Assembly: GCA_050250375.1 (NCBI GenBank)
Contig: JBFWOS010000001.1
Span: forward strand, 27,346 to 91,345
From: Candidatus Omnitrophota bacterium
GTDB lineage: Bacteria > Omnitrophota > Gorgyraeia > Zapsychrales > Zapsychraceae
Direction: 5' to 3'
DNA length: 64,000 bases
Part shown: piece by piece, positions 8,340 through 17,793 of the stretch
Layout of the letters: the number at the start of each line of letters is the position of its first letter
How positions within the stretch are numbered: the stretch's first letter is position 1
The notes under the pieces: model-generated
The model's input: only the letters and a program-made list of their open reading frames with translations
Told to the model about the DNA's origin: nothing
Database searches by the model: none
Translations under genes and position numbers: made by a program

Positions 8340-9458
8340 TCACTGATCACTCTTAACAGCCCATCTCAGCCGCGCGCTTTTTGAGCGCGGATTATCATAT
8401 TGTTCCTGGAAGGACGCGCGGATAGGTTCAGGGTCAATCTCCGCATAAAGCCCGGCCTCTAAGCCTTCCTTAAAAAATGTGCTGACACGATTATCTTCCC
8501 CGGAATGAAACGTCAGGACCGCCGCGCGTCCTCCCGGTTTAAGACAATACGGCAGGTTGCGCAAAAACTGTTCCAGCACAGAAAACTCGTCGTTGACAAA
8601 AATCCGCAGGGCCTGGAACGTCCGGCGGACCGAACGGGTGACGTCATCCTCCGGCATCTCCCGGTTGGCCTTCCTCAAGGCCTTACGTACCGTAAACGCC
8701 AATTGCGCGGTGGTGAACAAATCGTCGCGGCGAAGATAAATCGCGTCGGCAATCTCCCGCGTAAACGGCTCCTCGGAATTCATCCACAGAATTTTCTCGA
8801 TTTCTTCCAGGCCTAATGTCTGAATCCGTTCGCTGGCGGGTTTGTCCAGCAGGGGATTAAACCGCAGATCAAGCGGTCCGGCCGTTTTGAACGTAAAGCC
8901 GCGCTGGGGGTTATCCAACTGCATCGAGGAAACACCCAGATCGGCCAGGACAAAATCAAATCCGCCGTCTACTTCCGTGAGCAGTTTGTGTGCCCCCGCG
9001 AAATTCATCGACCGGATGATCAGCTGTTCCCCGGAGAAACCCAGATTCCTTAGCCGGGCCTCCGTCCGCGCGATCTCAATCGAATCGATGTCGATGCCGT
9101 AAAGTTTTCCGCCCGGGGTGACCCGTTTGAGGAGTTCCTGCGCGTGCCCGCCGTAACCGAGGGTCGCGTCCAGGCCGACTTGTCCGGGCCGCGGATTAAA
9201 AAACCGCAGGATTTCCTGCACACAAATCGGACGGTGCGTTCCGGCCGGGGTCTGTCCGCTCTGAAGGACCTTCTCAACATCCTCAGCGTACTTGTCCGGA
9301 TTCAGCTCTTTGTATTTTTCCTCAAACCGCCTGGGATGGGTACCCCGGTAACGTTTGCGCCTCTGGTGCTGCGGTCCTTCCTGATTTTGATTCGGTTCGT
9401 TCATCGCGCGCTCAATTAAACTCGGTATATTTTTTGGCATTGCCTCTGGATTTTTCAA
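8340..9458 (-). CDS. rsmH: 16S rRNA (cytosine1402-N4)-methyltransferase RsmH
   Basis: GYGGHAQ, DLGVSSMQLD and FHSGEDNRV blocks align to RsmH/MraW. About 60 aa of N-terminal extension, so the true start may be internal. Confidence 0.85.
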   Translation of the reverse strand: MKNPEAMPKNIPSLIERAMNEPNQNQEGPQHQRRKRYRGTHPRRFEEKYKELNPDKYAEDVEKVLQSGQTPAGTHRPICVQEILRFFNPRPGQVGLDATLGYGGHAQELLKRVTPGGKLYGIDIDSIEIARTEARLRNLGFSGEQLIIRSMNFAGAHKLLTEVDGGFDFVLADLGVSSMQLDNPQRGFTFKTAGPLDLRFNPLLDKPASERIQTLGLEEIEKILWMNSEEPFTREIADAIYLRRDDLFTTAQLAFTVRKALRKANREMPEDDVTRSVRRTFQALRIFVNDEFSVLEQFLRNLPYCLKPGGRAAVLTFHSGEDNRVSTFFKEGLEAGLYAEIDPEPIRASFQEQYDNPRSKSARLRWAVKSDQ

Positions 9459-9795
9459 CCGGATATTTTTCGTTGTTGATTTTTATTTTCGCGTCAAACG
9501 CGCTGGGAAGGTCAATCCCGGTCTCATGGGCCAGCAGTAAAATATAGGCGTAGACATCGGCGAGTTCATGCGCCAGCTTGTCTTTTTTGTTTTCAGGCAA
9601 TTGGTTGTCATCCGTCCACTGGAATAATTCCAGGATCTCGGCGGCCTCAAGCGAAAGAGAGATCGCGAGATTCTTCGGTGTGTGATACTGTTTCCAGTCC
9701 CGTTCTTTCTGGAACAACAAGATTTTTTCCAAATGTTCTTTCACGGTAATCCTCCGTTGTTGAGTGATCGGTTCTGATCCCTGATCACCGATCAC
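9412..9795 (-). CDS. MazG-like nucleotide pyrophosphohydrolase
   Basis: 127 aa. EAAEILELFQW and ELADVYAYILLLA are the all-alpha NTP-PPase (MazG/HisE-like) motifs. Confidence 0.7.
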   Translation of the reverse strand: MIGDQGSEPITQQRRITVKEHLEKILLFQKERDWKQYHTPKNLAISLSLEAAEILELFQWTDDNQLPENKKDKLAHELADVYAYILLLAHETGIDLPSAFDAKIKINNEKYPVEKSRGNAKKYTEFN

Positions 9796-10544
9796 TGATC
9801 ACTGATAAATCTTCTCCCCCCGTACTCCCCCTTAAGCATATGCCGTTTACGGCCGAACCCGGGGGCCTTGGTCATCATAAATCCCTGTTGTCTTAATCCG
9901 CGGCGCACATCTCCGGCCGAGGTGAAGGTCGCGACCGTTGTCCCCGGACGGCTCAGGGCGCCGATCCCCACAAAGACATCGTCCGACCACATCTCTTTAT
10001 TTTTGGCCGGCGCGAATCCGTCCAGAAACCAGGCATCCATCGTGTAGTGCTCACGGCTCATGCGCTCCAGGCCTTTATTGACATGGGCAAAAATTAAATT
10101 CAGTTTCACCCGCCCGCCGGAAAACTCGACCGGCTTTCCCTCGGCGCCGATGGCCGGATACTGTTCGATCAGCGCGGCTGCGTACGTGTCCAGCTCCGGC
10201 CAGAGTTTTAACGCGCGCTCAAGGTCCGGTTTATTTAAAGGAAACTGGTCAATGGAAACGTAATGCAGACGCGCGTGGGCCGGGGCGTACTGCTCGAACA
10301 ATTGCCAGGCGCATAAAAAGTTGAGTCCGGTGCCGAACCCTGTCTCTCCGATGACAAACGGTTCGGCCGTTGATAAACAGTCAAAACGTTCCTTTAAATG
10401 ATTGCCCCCGCAGAAAACATGCAGGCCTTCATCATACCCGCTTTGCTGGCAGAAATATTTGTCATCGAACCGGACTGAATGCGGCAGGCCGTTTTCATCC
10501 CAGTGCAGGTCCGTATAAGAAACTTCGTTTTGGTCAGGGTTCAT
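9792..10544 (-). CDS. mnmC: tRNA mnm5s2U34 methyltransferase, MnmC N-terminal domain homolog (MnmD)
   Basis: ETGFGTGLNFL and DAWFLDGFAPAKNKEMWS...ATFTSAG are near-identical to the E. coli MnmC N-terminal SAM-MTase domain. Stand-alone at 250 aa. Confidence 0.85.
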   Translation of the reverse strand: MNPDQNEVSYTDLHWDENGLPHSVRFDDKYFCQQSGYDEGLHVFCGGNHLKERFDCLSTAEPFVIGETGFGTGLNFLCAWQLFEQYAPAHARLHYVSIDQFPLNKPDLERALKLWPELDTYAAALIEQYPAIGAEGKPVEFSGGRVKLNLIFAHVNKGLERMSREHYTMDAWFLDGFAPAKNKEMWSDDVFVGIGALSRPGTTVATFTSAGDVRRGLRQQGFMMTKAPGFGRKRHMLKGEYGGRRFISDQ

Positions 10545-10655
10545 AGAATTATCGTTTATTGTCTCGGAAAACTTGGAACCATAATAGCAGAAACGGACGG
10601 GGAATGGCTAGGAGAACTTTGACAGGGATCAGGGATCGGAGGGATGCTTTTATCC

Positions 10656-11042
10656 TTACAGGAATTTATCTGCGGAGGTGTTGAAAGTGACCGCCAGTTT
10701 CTTGGCCAGTTCTTTACTGATCCCGCGTCGGTCATGTTCGATATCCGAGATCTTCTGAATGGTCAATCCGCCCAAACGCTGGCCCAGCTCTTCCTGGGTC
10801 AAGTGATCACGCTCGCGGTAAACCTTAACGTTCTTTCCTAACGTCATCCGGGATTTTTGCTTTTTATACCAATCGGTCTGTGTAATATCCATCCATTCGT
10901 CCCCGTCTTCAATAATCTCGAACCGGCTCCCGAATTTCTCTTTCAAAAACCGGACAACAACCGATGGAATTGATCCTCGAATCTCAAAAATTTTTTCTTT
11001 AGTACGGGGCTTTTTCACGACTGCCAACATAATACACCTCAA
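10656..11042 (-). CDS. XRE-family HTH protein, putative HigA-like antitoxin
   Basis: C-terminal HTH_3 (LTQEELGQRLGGLTIQKISDIEHDRRGIS). Located downstream of, and overlapping, a RelE-like ORF. Confidence 0.65.
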   Translation of the reverse strand: MRCIMLAVVKKPRTKEKIFEIRGSIPSVVVRFLKEKFGSRFEIIEDGDEWMDITQTDWYKKQKSRMTLGKNVKVYRERDHLTQEELGQRLGGLTIQKISDIEHDRRGISKELAKKLAVTFNTSADKFL

Positions 11043-11295
11043 TTAAGACTGCACCCTTATCGTACCGCCAGCAAGCAACATACCGGTAGGTCAGGGGGCA
11101 ATGATATTCCCGGTCCGATAATTTACCGTAATTCGGCCAGGACGGTTGAACCGGGCCTGATTTTCTCAAGTCATCCACCAATTCAAAAAATGTGTGCTGG
11201 ATATGGCCCGGCAGATGATTTAATTGTCTCTCGAGTTTTCGTTTGATCTTAACTTCGTACATCATAAATATACCCTGTTTCGGGGTATAAGTCAA
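10999..11295 (-). CDS. RelE/ParE-family toxin (HigB-like; toxin-first order)
   Basis: 98 aa. YRYVACW...IEVYYVGSREKAPY resembles RelE/HigB. Confidence 0.6.
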   Translation of the reverse strand: MTYTPKQGIFMMYEVKIKRKLERQLNHLPGHIQHTFFELVDDLRKSGPVQPSWPNYGKLSDREYHCPLTYRYVACWRYDKGAVLIEVYYVGSREKAPY

Positions 11296-11439
11296 GGCGG
11301 GATTAAAAAAGAAACCCGCCCGATTATTCTAATCGAGCGGGTCTAAAAAGGGATACTTGTATTCTACGGAATAAGACTATTTTGTCAATCGATTCGTATG
11401 TGACACGTTAGAAACAGGCACGCCGGTTCCTACGTTCGA

Positions 11440-11994
11440 TCACTGATTACTGGGCAATATGCTTTCCAGTTTTTCTGTCACCGCCGCATCGAGCGGGTCA
11501 ACGGGTGAATCAAAACGGGCCACCACCTCACCCTCCGGACTGATGAGGAATTTGTTAAAGTTCCAGCTGATCTCCCCGGCAAACGCGGTCGATTCGGTTA
11601 AATACCGGTACAGCGGGTTAATGTCCGCGCCCTTGACGCTGGTCTTGGCAAACAGCGGAAAATCCGTCTTGTATTGGAGCAGGCAAAAATCCCTGATCTC
11701 TTCATTTGTGCCCGGTTCCTGAGCCTTAAAATTGTTCGCCGGAAACGCCAGCACCTCGAACCCGCGGTCTTTGTAGGTCTGGTAGAGCGTCTGGAGCCCC
11801 GCGTATTGTTTGGTGTACCCGCATTTCGAGGCGGTGTTGACGATCAATAACGCCTTGCCCTGGTAATCCGCCAGGTTCACCGATTCGCCGTCGATCCCGG
11901 TCATCGTGAACGAATGCACGTTGGTGTTTTGGGCTTGCACGCCCTTAGTGCTCAGGCACATCCCGAAAAATAAAAACATCATCAATAATTTCAC
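11440..11994 (-). CDS. glutathione peroxidase (signal peptide)
   Basis: NTASKCGYT and WNFNKFL are the Gpx signatures. N-terminal hydrophobic leader. Confidence 0.85.
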   Translation of the reverse strand: MKLLMMFLFFGMCLSTKGVQAQNTNVHSFTMTGIDGESVNLADYQGKALLIVNTASKCGYTKQYAGLQTLYQTYKDRGFEVLAFPANNFKAQEPGTNEEIRDFCLLQYKTDFPLFAKTSVKGADINPLYRYLTESTAFAGEISWNFNKFLISPEGEVVARFDSPVDPLDAAVTEKLESILPSNQ

Positions 11995-12019
11995 GTTGTT
12001 TTCCCTCCGTTTAAAAACC

Positions 12020-12048
12020 GTAGGGAACGGTTTTAAACCGTTCCCTAC
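12020..12048. repeat. REP-like palindrome GTAGGGAACGGTTTTAAACCGTTCCCTAC
   Basis: Perfect palindrome immediately downstream of the 12052-12744 gene. Terminator-like. Confidence 0.6.
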
Positions 12049-12051
12049 ATT

Positions 12052-12744
12052 TTATAGATGCGGCGAAAAATGGTATTGTTCGATCTTCTTGCGGTTCGCC
12101 ATCAAAAATTTCTCAAACTCCGGGGTGATCTGATAAACGCCGCGCGACGCCCGGTCAAACCAGAAATTATGATTGTTCTGCAAAATACGCGCGGCGTGTT
12201 CGATCTGGAGCTGGTCGTTCAGCTTTTTGGTGGTTGACGGGCCGTTCTCGTAAAGAAACAAGGCCAAGCGGATCGCCTTTTCTTTATACGCCGTGAACAA
12301 CGCCTCGCTGCGGCTTCCGGCCTGATTAAGATCAAGGCTGCGTCCGTCGAATTCTTTCAAGGCGCTTTTCTTTTTGGCGTAATTTTTATAACCCGCGTAC
12401 GGCCTGGGTTCAAATTCAATCTGTACGGTTTTTTTCCGGTCACGGATATCCAGCGTCATCAGTCCGCATTCCAGGCGCTTCAAAAGCCCGCACATCCTCT
12501 TGTATTCCTTCGGCCAGCGCCCGCCCTTGCCCAGCGGAATGTACGCGTAGACCTTGTCGGCGATCTTGCGGCGTTCGATCAGCTGGTAAACGAGTTTGAG
12601 GTTAAATCCGGTCTTCATCTCGACCGCGATCATCTCCCCGTCTTTTTTCGCCAGGATGTCAATGCCCTCCACTTCGGAATGGACGGTGTAACCTTCCCTT
12701 TCCAGAAACTTTTTCACCGGAGGATACATGTCGGTCTCACGCAT
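12052..12744 (-). CDS. hypothetical protein with putative PD-(D/E)xK nuclease core
   Basis: GIDILAKKDGEMIAVEMKTG gives a D..E.K motif arrangement. The rest is uncharacterised. Confidence 0.4.
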   Translation of the reverse strand: MRETDMYPPVKKFLEREGYTVHSEVEGIDILAKKDGEMIAVEMKTGFNLKLVYQLIERRKIADKVYAYIPLGKGGRWPKEYKRMCGLLKRLECGLMTLDIRDRKKTVQIEFEPRPYAGYKNYAKKKSALKEFDGRSLDLNQAGSRSEALFTAYKEKAIRLALFLYENGPSTTKKLNDQLQIEHAARILQNNHNFWFDRASRGVYQITPEFEKFLMANRKKIEQYHFSPHL

Positions 12745-13612
12745 GGCGGATAATCCTCTTTAGAACCAGATCTTTCCAGACCGGTAAACGCAGCAGCGTC
12801 TCTTCCGGCATAAACAAAATATAATAGGCCAGTAACTGCAGGCTGAAATAAATGAGCTGATGCATGGTCGCCGCGATCAACAGATGAAATCCAAGCCCCA
12901 CAGCCATCGCCCACCAGACCGTGCGTCTGTCCAGAAAGAAAAACGCGCCGAAGGTCTCAAACGCCAGCGCCAGGTACATCTGCACCGTCCAGGTCCATTT
13001 GGGCAGGACCCGCAGCATCCACGCCGCGATGTCCGTGCGGTACGTCCCCTGTACGTGCGTCCACAACACATCCCTGTAATTCAGCCAGTCCCCGTACATC
13101 ACCTTGCATGTCCCGGCCGTAAAATACTGGATGAACATCGTCAATTGTAAAGTGCGCAGCGGCCAGGCGGATTGACGCATAACGGTTTCGCCGGAATCAA
13201 GCGTGAACGGCCGCGCCGCGGGAGCCAGCGCCAGCACCGCGAATCCCGCGATATAAAGTTTGTTGATCGTAAACGCCGAGATGATATCCACCTGCTGGAC
13301 GTAAACCGCGCAAAAAAACAGGACCGCCATAAAGATGTTGCGGAATCGTCCCGTGAACACCCCCGCGATGCTGCCGAACAGCACCACCGCAAAGACCGGT
13401 ACCTGCCACGCCGATAAAAGCGGAAACGGTGTGATGTGGTACCAGTTGTTGGTGGCCTCCGTCAGATGAAACCCTTCCGCGGTCAGCCATTCCCCGGCGT
13501 AACGAAACCGTTCGAGCATATAAAGGAGAAACGTGAACACAAACGCCTTCTCGAACATCCGTAAACGGACCGGGTGCACCGGCGCAAACCAGAATCCGAG
13601 TAAAGTATCCAT
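12737..13612 (-). CDS. HTTM-domain (vitamin K-dependent gamma-carboxylase-like) membrane protein
   Basis: Polytopic, hydrophobic and aromatic-rich, with the HITPFPLL motif. Confidence 0.55.
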   Translation of the reverse strand: MDTLLGFWFAPVHPVRLRMFEKAFVFTFLLYMLERFRYAGEWLTAEGFHLTEATNNWYHITPFPLLSAWQVPVFAVVLFGSIAGVFTGRFRNIFMAVLFFCAVYVQQVDIISAFTINKLYIAGFAVLALAPAARPFTLDSGETVMRQSAWPLRTLQLTMFIQYFTAGTCKVMYGDWLNYRDVLWTHVQGTYRTDIAAWMLRVLPKWTWTVQMYLALAFETFGAFFFLDRRTVWWAMAVGLGFHLLIAATMHQLIYFSLQLLAYYILFMPEETLLRLPVWKDLVLKRIIRHA

Positions 13613-13614
13613 GA

Positions 13615-14223
13615 TTAAAGAACCTCGCGACGATGGGGTTCCTGAAAAAGGTGGGTAGAAATAATTTCCTGCTGATCCTCCGGAACGGTCTCCAGAGGCG
13701 GAACGGTCCAGTGGCCGGACGGTTTGGCCAGTTCCGGGGTTCCGACCTTATAAGTCACGCGCACAAAACGTACCTCTTCAACCGGAGATTCCAACGGGTG
13801 AAGCTGTTCATAACGTTGTTTGATAAACCCGGCCATGGCCTGGCGCAGCGGTAAGGCGTTCTCATTTTCGCGGGCGAGATCCAGCATGCGTTTCAGGCGG
13901 GTGCGGTAACCGAAGGGCTTGAGCCGTCCGTAATCCTCTTCGGGGACACTGCTCCAGCTTTCCTGGCCCTGCAAACGCACAAGGTAATAATAATTGCCCC
14001 AGGCTTTGACACGGTCGGGGAACAGACACGCGATGCGGTACATATTGTTCAGGTAGTTGGCCGCGTTTCTCGATGCGGCCTTGGAAAAACCCGCGCGGGT
14101 GAAGGCCTCCAGCGGAATCTGCCGTCCGCTCAAACCGACGTACGCGATCGGTAAAAGCCACAGACAGAAAAATGCATAGGCAAAAATATAATCCGCCGGT
14201 CCCGCGAGTTTTTGTTTATTCAT
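13615..14223 (-). CDS. hypothetical membrane-anchored protein
   Basis: I prefer the start MNKQKLAGPADY at 14223, which is 2 nt after the ppnP stop. The longer track ORF (to 14322) would overlap ppnP. Confidence 0.45.
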   Translation of the reverse strand: MNKQKLAGPADYIFAYAFFCLWLLPIAYVGLSGRQIPLEAFTRAGFSKAASRNAANYLNNMYRIACLFPDRVKAWGNYYYLVRLQGQESWSSVPEEDYGRLKPFGYRTRLKRMLDLARENENALPLRQAMAGFIKQRYEQLHPLESPVEEVRFVRVTYKVGTPELAKPSGHWTVPPLETVPEDQQEIISTHLFQEPHRREVL

Positions 14224-14497
14224 ATTCACACAAGTAAGCCGTGTCCTGGTCAACCTTGACCTTGAACTTGGACTGGGCCGGGATATCAAACGACGACCCG
14301 ATGCCGAAATCTTCCCACTCATTGTATTCCGGGAAAAATACAGACAGGGCCCCGGTCACGACCGTCATCGTCTCTTTAGTGTTGGTGTCGAACTCATATT
14401 CACCGGGTTTCATGACGCCCACGGTTTTTTTCCCCGCATCAGAATTAACGACAAATGATTTCACCTTTCCTTCAAAATACTCATTCACTTCTACCAC
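14216..14497 (-). CDS. ppnP: pyrimidine/purine nucleoside phosphorylase PpnP (DUF1255 cupin)
   Basis: VNEYFEGKVKS...GVMKPGEYEFDT...MTVVTGAL...YLCEYE aligns along its length to E. coli YaiE/PpnP. Confidence 0.85.
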   Translation of the reverse strand: MVEVNEYFEGKVKSFVVNSDAGKKTVGVMKPGEYEFDTNTKETMTVVTGALSVFFPEYNEWEDFGIGSSFDIPAQSKFKVKVDQDTAYLCEYE

Positions 14498-14713
14498 GTT
14501 ACTGCTCCTTTTTTTGTAGATCGTTCCAAATATGATGTTGGTTCACTGCGTTCGCTGGAAAACAGGACAACCTTCCGCCCGTTCCAAATGACTTATTCTA
14601 ATGCACAAGCGCCAAATTTCAAGTGACAAATGCGGGGCGCGGTTTAAACCGGATAGCGGACAAAAACCATTTTCCATAAATTAACGCCGCTGATCCACCG
14701 TCATGGTCCCCGG

Positions 14714-15556
14714 TCAGGTTTTCAACTTTCCCCCGCAGAAACGGCAGTACAGGGAATCGTCCTCATGTCCGGACAATTCGCAGCGCGGGCATTTTCTGGA
14801 CAGATTCATCGACCGCGCGGCCAGCGACAGCTCCACCGAAAAAATACCCGTGGGCACAACAATAATCGCGTAACCCATGATCATGATCAGCGAGGCCATG
14901 ACCTGCCCGAACACCGTCTGCGGCGCGATGTCCCCGTACCCGACGGTGGTGATCGTGACAATCGCCCAGTAAATGCTGCGCGGAATGCTCGTAAACCCGT
15001 TGGCCTCCCCTTCGACCAGGTACATCACCGTTCCCATAATCACGGTGATCGTCATGATCACCATCAGAAAGACCAGGATCTTGTCCTTGCTGGCCTTGCT
15101 CGCCTTGATGAGGACGTCCAGCTCCCCCAGATAGCGGCCGAGTTTTAAGACCCGAAAGACACGCAACAGCCGCAGCGCGCGGATCACCAACAGCGACTGC
15201 GCGCTGGTAAAGAATAATCCGAGATAGGTGGGGATCACCGCTAAAAAGTCAACGATGCCGAAAAAACTCAAGGCGTACCGGCGAGGTCTTTTCACACACA
15301 CCAGCCGCAGGACATACTCAACCGTAAACACAAACGTGAACGACCACTCCACGGCGTGCAGCAGCGGCCCGTGCCGCAGCCGGATCCCCTTCACCGATTC
15401 CAGGAGGACCACAAAGACACTGATAAAAATCGCCCACAACAGGGCCACGTCAAAGGCCTTGCCCGCGGGAGTCTCGGCCCCGAAAATAATCTCGAACAGT
15501 TCCGCCCGCCACGGAGCGGCATGCGGTTCAATGGGTCTGCTTTTAGTGTTTTTCAT
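14714..15556 (-). CDS. voltage-gated K+ channel family protein with C-terminal zinc ribbon
   Basis: S4-like RALRLLRVFRVLKL and the TTVGYGD selectivity filter. C-terminal CPRC...CRFCG. Start placed at MKNTKS (15556). Confidence 0.8.
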   Translation of the reverse strand: MKNTKSRPIEPHAAPWRAELFEIIFGAETPAGKAFDVALLWAIFISVFVVLLESVKGIRLRHGPLLHAVEWSFTFVFTVEYVLRLVCVKRPRRYALSFFGIVDFLAVIPTYLGLFFTSAQSLLVIRALRLLRVFRVLKLGRYLGELDVLIKASKASKDKILVFLMVIMTITVIMGTVMYLVEGEANGFTSIPRSIYWAIVTITTVGYGDIAPQTVFGQVMASLIMIMGYAIIVVPTGIFSVELSLAARSMNLSRKCPRCELSGHEDDSLYCRFCGGKLKT

Positions 15557-15612
15557 GGATTTACTTTTATACCATGACCCGGGGCAGGCGTCAATCACAC
15601 GGGGAAATAAAA

Positions 15613-15645
15613 AAGGCGCCTCGAATTTCTCGAGACGCCTTTTTA
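15613..15645 (-). terminator. rho-independent terminator
   Basis: GC hairpin (GGCGCCTCGA...TCGAGACGCC) flanked by A- and T-tracts, downstream of the first PEP-CTERM gene. Confidence 0.55.
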
Positions 15646-15662
15646 ACCAAAGACTTTAAAAA

Positions 15663-16448
15663 CTACGCTTTTCGTCTGCGTAAACAGGCCCCCATTAAAC
15701 CGCCACTTAAAAGAAACAATGACATCGGTTCAGGAACAACAGATGCGGCCGAAGATTCCACTTCAATATTCAGTGCGGGCGCTATTCGTAAAGGATCTTC
15801 TTTTGAAGTAAAATATTCAATCGAAGTATTATTCTGTACACGCGTCATAATCAGTGTTAACAGATTATCGGTATCGCTGTTAAAAAAATTCAACAAAGCA
15901 GGCGTTGATAAGGAAACTCGAAAACCATCAACCGTGGGTGGAAAATTTAGATTAAAAGATCCGATAAAAAGAACATCCGTATTCAAAACTCCTCCTGAAC
16001 TTCCGGTGTCATTCCCGGGTGCATTGTTCCATGTGAGTGTTGTTTCCCCCCAATTTTCCCCCGCATGTCCGTCATTCAGGCCATAAATATTGTACGTACT
16101 CGGATTGCTGGGAAGATTAACGGGAGGATTCTGACCGGCCCCATCCGTGCCCGCATAAGAAATCTCAAAGGCAATACTGATAATCGGATCGACAATACCG
16201 CTCGTATCAAATCGTAAATACCCTTTCCGGTTATTTCCATTCAATTGAAGATCATTCTTAATCCAGACTAACGGTTCAAGCCCATGGTTCACATCAGAGG
16301 CTCCGTTATTTTGAAAATCGGACAAAACATATGAATCCGCTCCATTTCCATAATCCGTATACAATAACATTGCGCTCGCCTGATTTGGTGTTGCTGTCAA
16401 CATTCCCATGCATAAAATGACTCCGGCGATCCAATAAGATTTTCTCAT
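15663..16448 (-). CDS. PEP-CTERM sorting-domain secreted protein
   Basis: N-terminal signal peptide. C-terminal VPEPMSLFLLSGGLMGACLRRRKA. Confidence 0.8.
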   Translation of the reverse strand: MRKSYWIAGVILCMGMLTATPNQASAMLLYTDYGNGADSYVLSDFQNNGASDVNHGLEPLVWIKNDLQLNGNNRKGYLRFDTSGIVDPIISIAFEISYAGTDGAGQNPPVNLPSNPSTYNIYGLNDGHAGENWGETTLTWNNAPGNDTGSSGGVLNTDVLFIGSFNLNFPPTVDGFRVSLSTPALLNFFNSDTDNLLTLIMTRVQNNTSIEYFTSKEDPLRIAPALNIEVESSAASVVPEPMSLFLLSGGLMGACLRRRKA

Positions 16449-16691
16449 AAAACTTTCCTTTCGAAATTATCCAGCGTTAGTTGATACTTTTGTTTTATAT
16501 AAACAGCAAGGACCTTCGTTCCGGGATAAATTGAAAATATAGATCTTGCGTGAATGAATAACTTTATCATTGATTCATTTTTTTGACAATATGACAATCT
16601 ATCCCACACTCGGACAACGAACCTAGCCTATCGTTCAATATTGATCACTGATCGCTGCGGACCGATCACTCATTCAAAATTTATTTTAAAT

Positions 16692-16724
16692 AAAAAAGGC
16701 GTCTCGATTATCGAGACGCCTTTT
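16692..16724 (-). terminator. rho-independent terminator
   Basis: GGCGTCTCGAttaTCGAGACGCC hairpin with flanking A/T tracts. Confidence 0.55.
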
Positions 16725-16744
16725 GTCAACGCGGTATGTCAGAA

Positions 16745-17458
16745 CTACGCTTTTCGTCGCCGGAAATACGCTCCCATCAGGCCGCTGCCGAATAAAAGCA
16801 TCGAGGCCGGTTCAGGTGTGACCACCGTGCGGTCAGCCGTAATATTAATATTGTCGATTTTTACGAAATCATTGTCGTCGCCGTCCAGCCAGAACGCGAT
16901 CCAGATCTTGGCCTGGTTCTCCGGCAGGGCAATGGTGGTATTCTGGACTGAGTTCGTGCTCCCAAGATCGGTCCAGAACCAGTTGCTCATTTTAGCCGCG
17001 TCAGCGGTTGAGTCCCTTAAATCTTTGGTGAGGCTGTTAAACCCGGTAATATCGCCGATAAAATAACCCGCTTTAAAACTGTCGTTGGTTTCAAGGAGAG
17101 TCGTGAACCAGTCAAACTGCAGCTGAACATTCGAATAACCGCTGGTGCTGAGGCCTATCAAAAGACCGGCGTCATCCATGGCCCAGCCGTGGGCGTTTTG
17201 GGATAAATCCAATAAAGGCCACGAAGAACGGCCGACATCCGCCGCGATTGAGGACGCGGATGAACCCGAACCGTCAAAACGCGCCGCGTACCAATTGTTG
17301 TCCGCACCGGGTGTCACCGGAACGCCCGGACCGAAAGGCGGCAATGCCGTTGAATGGGGGGCATTGTTGAAATCTTCATGAAATATGGTTACGGCCTGGG
17401 AATCGGTTGTCCCGCACAGCAAAACAACAACAACGGTTAAAAATATAAAATTCTTCAT
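16745..17458 (-). CDS. PEP-CTERM sorting-domain secreted protein
   Basis: Start at MKNFIFLTVVVVLL (signal peptide). C-terminal VVTPEPASMLLFGSGLMGAYFRRRKA. Confidence 0.8.
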   Translation of the reverse strand: MKNFIFLTVVVVLLCGTTDSQAVTIFHEDFNNAPHSTALPPFGPGVPVTPGADNNWYAARFDGSGSSASSIAADVGRSSWPLLDLSQNAHGWAMDDAGLLIGLSTSGYSNVQLQFDWFTTLLETNDSFKAGYFIGDITGFNSLTKDLRDSTADAAKMSNWFWTDLGSTNSVQNTTIALPENQAKIWIAFWLDGDDNDFVKIDNINITADRTVVTPEPASMLLFGSGLMGAYFRRRKA

Positions 17459-17484
17459 GCGGTTGCTCTCCTTATTAATGTAAT

Positions 17485-17515
17485 GTAGGGAACGGTCTCG
17501 ACCGTTCCGTACTAC
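17485..17515. repeat. REP-like palindrome GTAGGGAACGGTCTCGACCGTTCCGTACTAC
   Basis: Family member. Lies in the 5' leader of the second PEP-CTERM gene. Confidence 0.5.
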
Positions 17516-17712
17516 ATGAAAAATGGAGCAAAATCCATGCCCGAATGACAAATATTTACCAATAACAGACAAATAAACACAAAATCATCTTTCTTGTCCG
17601 GGACAAACCAGGACAAACAGGCGCAAAAACAGCCCGGCCTGCACCGTACCCTGTGGTGATTATTCAACAATGATGAAAAAATTAGGCATTGAAACAGGCG
17701 GGACCATCCGGG

Positions 17713-17735
17713 AGATAGGGCGCTGTCCCCTATCT
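17713..17735. repeat. AGATAGGG-cgctgt-CCCCTATCT hairpin repeat, copy 1 of 4
   Basis: Perfect 8-bp inverted repeat. Other copies at 26787-26809, 30431-30453 and 31923-31945. Confidence 0.6.
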
Positions 17736-17744
17736 AAACAAAAA

Positions 17745-17778
17745 AAGGCCGCCCCGAATGGAGCGGCCTTTGAATCAA
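17745..17778 (-). terminator. rho-independent terminator
   Basis: GGCCGCcccgaatggaGCGGCC hairpin followed (minus-strand sense) by a T-tract. Confidence 0.5.
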
Positions 17779-17793
17779 TCGATCAAAAAAACC

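Noticed and set aside
12860-13490. Several Arg-rich ORFs on both strands (12860-13150 +, 13141-13392 -, 13172-13417 +, 13197-13490 -)
   Set aside because: All overlap the HTTM membrane-protein gene in other frames. Composition is typical of shadow ORFs.
16641-17066. 141-aa plus ORF
   Set aside because: Antisense to the PEP-CTERM gene, which has a clear signal peptide and sorting signal.
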